A stretch of DNA of 64,000 bases from positions 2,232,001-2,296,000 of the forward strand of contig CM074815.1 in the NCBI GenBank assembly GCA_037447605.1, written 5' to 3'. Below the pieces are notes generated by a model that did no database searches, was not told the DNA's origin, and worked only from the letters and a program-made list of their open reading frames with translations. Source of the stretch: Zygnema circumcarinatum SAG 698-1b. Its lineage: Eukaryota; Plantae; Zygnematophyceae. Every line of letters starts with the position of its first letter. The first letter of the stretch is position 1. The position numbers were made by a program, and so were the translations under genes. Positions 1 through 15,722 of this stretch are shown piece by piece.

Positions 1-2897
1 CACGCGGCGGCGCACGATTGGAAAACTCAGGCATAGTTCTAGGGAATTTTTTTCAGGGGGTATGTTTTGGGGAACTACGCCTGTACCTCCACGTCGGTCC
101 TAGTCGGCGCCACGACGGCGCCACATCATCCTCCAAAACAACGCCTGTACCTCCACGTCGGCGAAAAATCGCTGATGGACCCCCACCCTTCGAATCTTCC
201 GTACCAAAGTAGGACCCTCTATTACGCCGGATCAATAACAGGTCGCCACGTGTTCAGATTGGCTGACATGGCGATCCGTGATTGACCAGATTTCGACCAA
301 TGAGGGGCCGACACTGTGCGGTGAATCGGCCCATAGACATAAGGGAGGGCGCCGGATTTTGTCCCGACGTGAAAGATTTCATCGGCGACCGTTGATTGAG
401 GTAAGTGACATTGTACCGACATTTATCGTACCACTCGTACGGTACCAGTAATTTGGGAGACACGTGGTTGTACCGTACGGTAAAACTCTAGAACCTCTAC
501 AGTACAGTACTGTACTAGAGGCTACCGTACGGTTTTGGTATAAAACCAAGTTTTGGGGAAAACTTGGTTTCTACTTCCGGGAAGTTTCGAACGCGAGAAA
601 GCGCATCCAATCAGCGCTTGCGCTTGCCACGTGGTCACAGTGGCACGTGGCAGCACGATGGATCCTGATGGGCCAGGTGGCAGATTTCGATAGGAAGAAT
701 ACAATCATGAATAGCCACGTATATGCCACGTAGGCAGCGCTTGCCTTGATGGAACCCTCAAAGCCCTCGCTGTGTTCCAATCCCGCCCGCAACTGGATGC
801 CCGCCGTTCCATGCTCGAATTCCCCACATTTTGACGCTAACTGCACACATGGAGCCGACAGGAGGGCTTGTCCATCTCTTGAAAAGTCGACGTGACGGTT
901 TGGCCTAGTGCGTTGGTTCGAATGTTGATAGCACTCTTGTGACATTGTTGGGAACAATTCCAAGTGAGTGAACTATACTTTGCCCTATTGCTCTAGCGAG
1001 TGAGGGCTTATATATGACCAAGTGTGTGTCTCTCTCTCTCTCTCCCCCTCTTTCTCTCGCTATCCCTCTCTGCCCTCTCTCTCTTTCTCTATGTGAAGGA
1101 GAAGATTGCCATTGGTCTCGCGCATGGAGATGGCATGAATGGAACATGTTCAACAACAAAAACATGGGGAACCACGAGGAATCAAACCGCTCGTGAAGGA
1201 CTTGACGAAAGGGACGAGCCATGCGCGTAAATTTGCTTCTAGACCCAATTGGAAAGTGTTGGAAAAGTACCCCCTTGCGGACGCCCATGGGACATGTCCA
1301 CGGACGCCGGACCCTGTACCAATTCGTCACCCGCGGCCGCTGGCGATGTTACGGACGCGCAATTTCTGACTCGTTCCGTGTTCTTAGTTTCGGTCTCGCA
1401 ACACAGAACCCAACCCAGTTTGGTGAATCTTGATTGTTTGCAGTTTTGCCAACGTGGCAGGTCGGACGGTTGAGATTGCTTGAAATCCCAGATGTCCAGT
1501 TCGGCTGGAAGGGCTTCAAGCGGCGGTCCGTACTCTTTGCCTTCCCTGCTTCGCTTCGGAGAATTTCGCGGATTGGGGGTTGGATGCCGAGAAATCGCTG
1601 GTCGCCAATTTGAGGAGAAAATGTAGAAAACAATTGCTAAAAATTAAATTGCAAAAAAAAAAAATGTTTTTGTAGCTGCAACGCTGTAGAAAGAAATGGA
1701 AGAGATGGGACTTGTGGTGTGCTTCAAACGTTTGTAAGTGACGCATATTGGAGAGCGTGACATGCGTAACGTGCGGCGGAAGGCTGTTACAGAAGGGTAG
1801 AGTGAAGGAGGGAATGAAAAGAAAAAAAAATGGGGAACGGGGACATTCAATATGGGGGGCAGTTTGAGTGAGGAACAACTGGTGAGAAAGTGGGACGATA
1901 GCAGGGGTCTGTCTGTGTGTGTGAGAGAGCGCGAGAGAGGGGGGGAGACAGGGAGAGAAAGGATCGGACGTGAGACAGAGAGAAGAGTGAAGAGAGGGAG
2001 AGAGAGAGTGGAAGATGAAAGAGGGAGAGTGGGAGAGGGGAAGAGAGGAGGTGAGGGAAAAGGGGAAGGAGATGGCGAGAGAGGGAGAAGGAGAGATATA
2101 GCAAACGTGCACGCCGGCACTGTCTCCATTCATACTCTCACAGTTACAAAAGCTACAAGGAAAAATCACGACTCTTTTTTACAGCAGAATGAAGGTACCA
2201 CACATTCTGTGATACATGGAACCAAAATGATCGACCTTCTACTTGAGCTCACATGCAGTCAGTCCCTCTAAATGGCCCGCCTGCAGGAGGGGAAGTCTAC
2301 CGCTCTCCTGCACTTATTGACAGTGTTTAGGGTCGTTCACTGAACTGAACTGCCTTATTTTCCTCCGCTGGGACGGAGGGAGGGAGGGAGGGAGGCCGAG
2401 ACGTTTTCTTTCTTCACCTTTCTCCCTAAAGCAGCACGGTTTAATGTATATTTCTATGTCCGTTATGTTCGGTTATTTGCACTCGTTTTCAGTTTCCATT
2501 CTAAAAACTATGTCTGTCTGAACTCCCCGAATTCTAATTTCATATTATGCAAACTATGGTACAGATTCGAACACGTTAAACCGTCAGTCTAAGGAAAAAC
2601 CTGAGTGCGGTTTTCAGCCAGAAACCGGCACACATCCTATCGACATATCACACTACTCAAGTAATTATTGCAAAGTTGGTTTCGATTTAAACTACGTAAT
2701 TTAAAAAACTGAAGGAAAAAAAACCCGCAAACTCATGTACCCCTTAAATTAAGCTGTCAAATTCCGAAAAACACTTTAATCCAAATCTCGAGAACCACGA
2801 ACACTCCCGTTCCGGGATCAAGCCTCCTCCAGCCTCCTCCAGATTCCACCCATACTCGATCCCCACTTGATCCTGATTCCACTTCCGAGATCAACTC

Positions 2898-3338
2898 TTA
2901 ACCCTCCGCCGCGATCAACTCCCCCTCCGTCGCCTTCCGCGCATGGTCATACTCCGCCATCACCGCCTCCTCCCGCCGCGCCGACAAATGCTCCATGTAG
3001 CAAATTTCCCGCACGTCCGCCATAGAAAACGGGAGCCCCTCCGCCCTAAAATTTACCACCGGGTTATCGTACCACGTGTAATGCCCTGATTGGTACTCCG
3101 GACACTCGGCCTTCACGAAAATGTTTCGCGCGCTGACCCGAATGTAGCCCTCGGGCGGCAGCCGGCACGAGAACCAGCCGTGACGTGACATGATCGCGAC
3201 GCGTTCACACTTGAAACGCATCCACTTTTCGTCCGAGCGCGGTCCGACCACGACCGGGGCCGCGTCGAAGGCCGCGATGACGCTATTGGCCACCGACACG
3301 ACCACGCGCGACTCGGACCGGTTCTCGACCACGACCAT
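2898..3338 (-). CDS. Orphan small protein (146 aa, MVVVENRSESRVVVSVANS...ELIAAEG*); extra exons on either side possible
   Basis: Complex-sequence, GC-rich open frame from ATG 3338 to TAA 2898, bounded upstream by intron-like CAGGGTT and GA repeats. The rest of ORF 2898..4049 is low-complexity read-through. No family recognised with confidence. Confidence 0.55.
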   Translation of the reverse strand: MVVVENRSESRVVVSVANSVIAAFDAAPVVVGPRSDEKWMRFKCERVAIMSRHGWFSCRLPPEGYIRVSARNIFVKAECPEYQSGHYTWYDNPVVNFRAEGLPFSMADVREICYMEHLSARREEAVMAEYDHARKATEGELIAAEG

Positions 3339-5718
3339 GGCGCAGGGTTCAGGGTTCAGGGCTGGGGGTTGGGGGTTCAGGGTTGGGGTCTGGGGGTTGG
3401 GGGGTTTAAGGTTCGAGGTGTAGGGGTTGAGGTGGGAGGTTGAAGGTTTGTGGTGGGGGGAGAGGGTGTGGGAGAGGAAGGGAGAGCGAGAGGGAGGGAG
3501 GAGAGAGGGAGGGGGAAGGGGGGGCGAGGGGGAGGGGGAGGGGGAGAAGGGGAAGGGGGATGGAAGAGAGAGGGCGAGGGAGAGGGAGAGGGAGAGGGAG
3601 AGGAGAGGGAGAGGGAGAGGGCGAGGGAGAGGGCGAGGGAGAGGGCGAGGGAGAGAGCGAGGGAGAGGGAGAGGGAGAGGGAGATGGAGAGGGAGAGCGA
3701 GAGGGAGAGGGAGAGGGAGAGAGGGATCGAGAGAGGGAGAGAGGGATCGAGAGTTGGAGGGAGGGAGGGATGGAGGGACGAGAGAGAGAGTGGGAGAGAG
3801 GGAGGGGGGGCGTGCGAGAGCGAGAAGCGCGCCGGAAATTGAGGGCGAGTCGGCCTTAAGGGGCGGCGCCTGCCAGGTGTCGCACGCTGTGTGGCCGCGC
3901 GGCGGCGGTTGACTCCCAGCGGCCGGGCCAGCGGGGCGCCACGCTGGCACCCACAAAACGACAAAGTGGCCCATCCGGGGACAAGATCGACGGCTCCGCG
4001 CAATTTCGCCGGCGTGGTCGGCAAGTCCGTACGGAGGATATTTCGACATTGCTGAGCTGGAAATATTTTGTTCTATGTATCCGAAATTGTGGAGAACGTG
4101 GCATCATGTGATTGATTAAACGAATGTTTTTGGGTTTGGGATTTGTTTTGGGGCTGACCGGTTGTATGAGTGACGGTGGTTTTTTGGCCGGCCGGCGGAA
4201 AGTTGCCGGCCGGCGGTCGCTGGGGTCTTTGCCGGTCCGTTTGGGACAGCGGTTCGGAGGTTGGCGTCTGCCAGACTTCCGAATCCCCGGACAGGCAGAT
4301 TTGCCAATGGAAGTCCTCCACGTGGTTAGAATTGCCTACGTGGCAAATTTTCATTGGCTGACGCTGATAAGAGGTTTGTAACAGAAATAGCTCCAAAGGA
4401 AATCTCAACTGCAGGATTCGGTGATGCCAACGGGACAGATTTCGTGGACAAAAGGATACGGAATGTTGGCTCACACCGACCTATGTTTGACCTGTGATTG
4501 GCTGTTTGCATTCCACCGACCTATTCACGATTCTTTTTTGTCGTATTTATGGCTTGTCAATCTTGGAAAATTGGCAGAGATTTTACATAGCCAGTTTCAC
4601 AGAATACGTACTTTGAGTTCCGCTCTTAGGGCTTATCTTGCGGTAACGTGTTACTAATTGTGGTTGTTTCTTTCCCTATTTCAACATTTTCCTATTTTCT
4701 TATTGGTGGAACTGAATCTCCAAGTTCTCACGTGTTTCGAGAGCTTCGAGGTCACCGACACAAAACGACAAATATTAAGTACGGACCGTCATTCTCGAAG
4801 GAGCGCCATGATTTTGGAGCGACCAATTGCCCTGCGGCGATGAACAGTACACTGTACAAATGAAGTGGATCCTCGGGCTGTTAGTGGATCCAGATCCAAA
4901 CGACCCCAATTGATCCAGTGATGAACATGACCAGATTCAAGGTCTTAGGCAACTGTTGAATTTGAGCGCAGGTTCAATCGCTGCCAGCTCCCTCGTGGTC
5001 TTCCTGAAAGCCCGGTCCGCCGCACCGACGCTAGCCGACAAAAGCGGTCAAATTCGTTTGCTGGTCAAATCAAGCCGTTGCGAAAAATCCAAAATTTGGC
5101 GGCTCGTGTACCGTATTGTGGGGAGTGTGTCGGTGGAGTGCGGCTTTGGTCAATGCGTACGGACGAACTACACGGACGAACCGTTTGTGTTAGATGACTG
5201 GCTGAACAGGAACATAAACATGGGGTTTCGGATCTTAAGGTTCAGGGTTTAGGGTTAGGGTTTTAGGGTTTTTATGAAGGGGTATACAGGCTGGATAACA
5301 GGCACGGTTTCCATGCGCAGTTTCAAGGTACCAGTTGAGAAATTTCTGAACTGGAATTTACAGTACGGCACTCAGTTGAAGAACAGTTCCAATTGAACTG
5401 GAAATGGATTCTCGATCATGGAAATGTAAACAAACAGGCAACCACTGATGAAGAAGTCATCTGATTAATGAGAGTTGATTTTTACGGAACAGGATCAACG
5501 CTACCCCCCTACGCCATATACATTTAACTTCTTCCTTTTCTTGTGATCAATTGGTCAACTGAAGAACTGGATCCCGGATCAACTCACCTGCACAGATTAT
5601 CACATCATCAAGAAAAAAGGGAGGCTAGCTATACTTCACTTAAAAATCACAAAAAAAACCCAAAAAAAGAAGGAGAAAGGGTGGGACACTAAACTCATAG
5701 AACCACTTTGAATTTACA

Positions 5719-10425
<4,707 letters not shown>

Positions 10426-11467
10426 GGCGCCACGTGGCAGCCCCGCCGTAAAAGCCGCGCGGGTCAGCTCAGTTTAGGGTTCCAGATTTCCAGTTTGCAC
10501 TTTTGTACCCAGAACTGCCGCTTTTTTCCGTACTGGAAACCACGAAATCCTCCAAAAACCTTTGGGATTTCATCCAAGTAGGTTGAGAACAAATGAAGTT
10601 ACAGATTTAGGCTGTTCAAAAAAAATAAAAATCTTTCAACACTTTCAAATAAAGACTGTCCTTGGTTTTTAGTTCCTTTTTTGGTTTTTGAGAAACCAGT
10701 TTTTGTTGAACACGAAACTTATTTGAACATGGAACAATGAACTATCTGTCGAGTCCATTTGGCGTTTCCATTGCATCCACGGACGGATCAACATTCCACA
10801 AATCTCACCGCGCGTGGACCGCGCGTGGACCTCGCGTGGACTCGCGTTCAACTTTTTGCCCGCTCTGGCGACTCTGCCCCTTTTCCCGTCCGTACCGTCC
10901 GAGATCTACTGTACTGTACAGTGGGGGGTCCTCGTATTTACCACCCCAAGGAGTGCGTCCTCAATATTTTCGCCCTAATTTTGCCGAAACCACTTTTTTG
11001 TACGGTAACATGTGTTAGCCGTACTGTCCGTACTATTCGTACTGTCCGTATTGTCCGTACTGTCTGTACTAGCCGTTACGGGCTTACGCAAAACGCACCT
11101 ACTCTCCCCGCTCGTGCCGCCGTAAGAGGCGCTCGCTCTTCTCCCCGTCTTCTTGAATTCGGTACGATACGGTACGATACGATACGGTAAATACGATACG
11201 GTAAATACGGATACGGTACTATCCGTACTAGCCGTACGAGCTGTAGTAGCCGTTACGGGCTCGCATTTAAACTCTCCGACAGTATATGCGTCACGATATG
11301 TTGCGATACGATACGATGCTAAATCATACAATACGATACGGTACGATATGGTACGGTACGATACGTACGAATCAACATGAACTCTAACAGAATACCGCCC
11401 GTCTATTCGTAACACGAACCTTATAGATGCAAATTTAATATTTTCGCCTCATTTTGCCCGGAACCAG

Positions 11468-12472
11468 TGTAGCACAAGATAAGTGGGGTTAAGGGAAGAC
11501 TGCTGAGCTAGTTGCAGGTGCTGTACGGCCACTCGCGCGTCCGTGCTGAAACTAATGAAGGGTTGGGTTGGTGCTGTGGGTCTGCCTGCAGCATAGAGCC
11601 AGGATCCGGGGGATTCAGAAGTGCGGCGCGGCGAAGGCGTAGGGATTACGGCGTTCCCACCACGGCGGCTAGACTTGATGCGCAGAGCCCTTCGCCCGGG
11701 GACTCTCTTCCCTGTCCTCTCTCGGCTAGTCTCTTAGCTGGGCTTACAGTTATCATCGGTCATTGGGAAGAGTGTAAGGCAGGATAGAACAGGATAGTGG
11801 CTTGGCATAGAGACAGCAAAGGGAAAACAGGTCACAACTTAGATAAAGGTGGCATTTTGGAAACTCACCCCAGCGGTTGGGTACAGGGCTGTCATTACAA
11901 TGAAATTGTCTTCTCACTGAGAGAATCTTTGTCTAACGGGGTGAATGGGACGTCTAAATGCCAGCAAGAAGACTCATTCTCTCTCTCTCTCTCTCTCTCC
12001 CATCTATGGCATGGAACTCTCTCTCTCTCTCTCTCTCACTTAGCATCTGTTCTTTGTCCTTTGTGAAGGGAAGGAAAAGAAGAAGAAAAACGAGAGAACA
12101 AACCACCACGGCAAATACAAATACTAAGCCCGGTATTTAAAGACAAAAAGCATCAGTAACGTCCACGTCTACTTAACAACGTGATAGATCTTGAGTCTTA
12201 GCGGTGTGATCTCTGATTGGCCCAGCTGCGGAGCCTGGCCCGACTCGTGGAGCCTTGGATGGAGTCTTGAATGACTGTCTAAGCCTGCGGCGGTGTTCTA
12301 GAGTCGCCTTCTTTGGATGGTGTCTTTGTTGAGTAGGCCATAGCGTAGGCGCCTTCTCTCGATCTCTTGGCTGACTCACGGATTAGATTGTCAGGTGACC
12401 GCGGAAGAGGCATATGTCAGAGTACAATTGAGCCGGGCGGATCCGTCGAGGCAGCGGCTCCGTTCACGCTCA
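11468..12472 (-). repeat. 3' LTR of the Gypsy element (~1 kb)
   Basis: Starts TGTAGC; its right end (...gctccgttcacgctca) matches the element's right terminus (...gctccgttacgctaca). Confidence 0.7.
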
Positions 12473-13199
12473 TCATGCTTGCTTGTCTTAGAGGGGAAAA
12501 ACAAAGCGCGCCCTAGCGAGCGCAGGGAAAACGAGGGGCAGGGAGGGACCATGATGGCGTGGGGCCGGGGGCAGCGGTCGGCGGCCGTCTGGAGAAGCTT
12601 CCGCGTACATTCGGAAATGGGGAGTATCGGCGGGATCGGAGGTGGAGGAGGGAGTAAGACAAATTCGAAATCGAAAGTTACGGCCGACAGGCGCAATGTG
12701 GGCGAAACGGCAAAAAGTGGCGGGAATTAGATATGGACCAATGAGAATTAGATCATGGCGTGCAGGAGGAGGCAGCGGTATGCGTGCATGGCAGCTCAGC
12801 CATCGCGGGGGAGGAAGCTGGCGGCGTGGCGGGGCGAATGTCGATCAGTGTGAATGCGGTCTTAGAGGCGTTTCCACTAGAGTCGAGGCCTTAGAAATGA
12901 TGGCCCCAATAGGGGGATCTCGACGGACGAGCGCACTTAAATGAGAATTTGACGAAAAGCCCGTTAGTGGGGCGGCAAGATTCACGAGCCAAATGGTGAT
13001 GTGGCGCTACCTGATTGGGCGGGGAGGCGGCACGTCGGCGCCTCGAAATCGGTGAGTTGTGCGTCTGTCGCGGCTGGATTCCCCGAGGTGGTGGGAGGCC
13101 CGTGGAATCTAGGAGTTTGGAAGCGGAAGGAGGGCCCAGGAGCTGAAGCTGGGCGGCGATCGAGGCCGTCATAAATGAAAGAGAGGGAGCTCGGCGAGA

Positions 13200-13750
13200 G
13201 GAGGTCAAGAATCGCGGGGCTTCATTATAGAGGCTTCGTAGGGAGAAGCGTGGAGGTGGGCGGTGTTATGCGTGGCGAAGACCCGGGGAGGGATGACCTG
13301 TAATCCGCCCCTCCGGCTCAGCGCGGCAGCGGGCCATGCGCATCGCCGACGTCCCGAGATAGTGCCTGCAAAGCCCATTCTGCCGGGGGTAAGAATTTTG
13401 GAACGTGGTGAATGATGCGGAAAACACGCGAGCTTGGCAAATGCCCACTGTATTAGATGCGGGTTATTCGAGTGGGCCAGTAGGGTAGAGAGTGAGTGAA
13501 TGATGGCCGTCGGGGCTGAGCAGAGTGGGCGGAATCTTGGGTGCATGGCGTGAACCTCTACCAGCAATTGTATCTACGTCACGGCTTCCAAGGCTTCGAA
13601 TGTAGCCGGAGGGGTCTTGTTTGGGGATAGAAAAGGTGTCAATGTTCCAATCTTCGGCGACGCCGCGTATTGGGATCTCACCCATCTCGAGGGGTTGGCG
13701 GTGGGGGCCGAGGCCCGGCTGCGTTAGCGTGAGTCGCGAGGGTTTGATGT
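13200..13750 (-). pseudogene. Degenerate Gypsy integrase core
   Basis: GEIPIRGVAEDWNIDTFSIPKQDPSGYIRSL..RDVDT resembles PIP...F..w.iD...plP....G..yil..vD; IPPRVFATHNTAHLHASPYE resembles lp..lfayNta.h..sPye. Many frameshifts. Confidence 0.6.
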
Positions 13751-14388
13751 AGCGGCTGCGCGCTCATGGAGGCGGGCCAATGGTAAGCTCACCTGGCCCA
13801 GGCCACCATCTTCTTGTCCCGGGGTGGAAGCACAGGGTTAGGCGTCGTGGGGCGGCGACCAGGGATTTCCAGGCATTGCAGGGAATGGACGGGAAGGCGG
13901 AAGGAATGTAGAAATAAATAGATCATCATCGGCGAGAGAAGTTCAGCCTTGGCGGAAGCGGCCGGAGCCTACCGAGTATCTCGAAGTGACGAAAAGAGAG
14001 GCGGCGTCGCGGGTCATAGCATGTAGCCTTGAAGGGAGAATGCGAATGGGCGTCGTGGCTGAAATGGGGAGGAAATGGGGAAGCGTCGCCGTCGTCATCC
14101 ATGAGGATTTCCCACGGATCCGCGTAAGGGGTAGCGTGGGTGAAGTCGGGGTCCTCGGCGATGGAGGGTAGTGGCGGTGGCGGAATATCGATCAGCCCAT
14201 ACGAATAGGACATCATGCGAGGCAGCGGCGATAAAATCTCAATGGGGAAGGTACCGGGGTTGAAGGTGGGTGGAGGATAGGTTCGAGGCAACCGGGATGA
14301 TGCGTGACGAGAGGAGGAGCGAAGGATTCGCGGCGAAGTGATGTCCGGCGTGCGTGACTACGGCGGGCGATGGGTGACCTTAAGCACA

Positions 14389-15600
14389 TTATCTCCTCCA
14401 AACTGCATCGCCCGTCGTGCAAACTTGGAGTCGTGGGGTAGCCATGATGTCGCGGCCAAGTGAGGGCATGTAATTGATTCGGATGATGCCGCGGGCTGAT
14501 AGGCGTGAAGAGCGAACCTCGAGTGCGGAAGGATAGCGCGGCCTCTCCTCCGGTAAGTATACTTGGTCTCGGTTTACGAGCGACCGCTGCGCCAAAGCCG
14601 ACCCGGGTGTTCCCCACGTCGAGAATGCTTGAAACATTTTGCCCCAAAGCACAATGACTCGATGCGGCGTCCCGATAATGAAGGTAGGAAGGGTGGGGTC
14701 AAATTGATGCAGGCAAGGAGCCTGAAGGAGGGCACTCTTGAGCGCGTGGAAGGCCAAATCCTGCGCTCGGCTCCATTCGTATTGGACTCCGTGCTTCTCC
14801 AAGGCATGTAGGGGACGTGCGATAAGGGCATAGCCCTTGATGAACCGGCGATAGAATGAGGTGAGCCCCAAGAAGGACTTGAGTTGAGTGAGGGTCTGTG
14901 GAATCGGCATAAGGGCAATCTCTTCAATCTTGTCGAGTGATGGTTTCAGGCCATTGATGCCGAGGCGGTGCCCGAGATGAGTGATCTCTTGATGGCCCCA
15001 TTTGCACTTCTTGGGTGCAATCTTCAACTTAGCCTTGCTTGATGAGGCGATCACGGGACTTGGTCGATGTGTTGCGGTGGGAGGACCCGATCCTTCTTTG
15101 TGGATCGGCATCATCCAGTAAGGCTACATGAGGCAGCAGGGGCCGAACACACAGTTGGCTTGGCCGGTGATGAGAATCATTTGGAATGTGAGCTTTCGAA
15201 TGGAAGCAGCATCCCTTGCACAAAGCCGTGTTTGTCTGGCTCCTAATCTTCTGTGATAGAGCTGCCATGAGGATCTGCGAAGGATTTACATGTCAGTCAG
15301 AACGCAGTCCTCCCGAGTGCCGTGGAGAATCAGGTCCACATCCGGTAATGTGTAGGGATCCCACTTCGTTATTGCATTCAGTTTTCGGTAGTCCCCACAG
15401 AAGCGGAGTGTGCCATCCGGCTTTGGGGGCAGAACGGCCGGGCTGGCCCACGGCCCTTCTCCAGGTTCCATCAATCCGGCAGCCACGTTCTCGTCGATCT
15501 GTCGTTCGACATCGGCCTGCTGCGCGGCGGAAAAGCGGTAGGGAGTTAGGGTCATCACGGGAGGCGCATCCCCCGTATCGATGTGGTGCTCAATCAAGTG
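14389..15600 (-). pseudogene. Gypsy reverse transcriptase, connection domain and start of RNase H (broken frames)
   Basis: IEHHIDTGDAPPV..PYR, SPAVLPPKPDGTLRFCGDYRKLNAIT, KCKWGHQEITHLGH, LKSFLGLTSFYRRFIKGYALIARPL. Confidence 0.9.
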
Positions 15601-15722
15601 AGTCTTGCGGAGTAATGGTAGATAATAGATGAAAAGCAGGTGATTTTAAGCGCGGCACCGTAGTTGAGGTACTTGTCCCGAGATTACGAGAGGGCTAGCG
15701 GGCCCTAATACGCATCTGCCCC

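Noticed and set aside
77-161. CRISPR-like repeat-spacer-repeat
   Set aside because: Only two copies, eukaryotic context, no cas genes.
543-570. Helitron 3' hairpin
   Set aside because: AT-rich stem, with no CTRR terminus at the expected distance.
4915-5010. C/D-box snoRNA (GTGATGA...CTGA)
   Set aside because: No terminal stem or recognisable rRNA guide; boxes this short occur by chance.
4073-5252. Short ORFs such as MIKRMFLGLGFVLGLTGC (lipoprotein-like)
   Set aside because: No coding signature or splice context; likely promoter or intergenic DNA.
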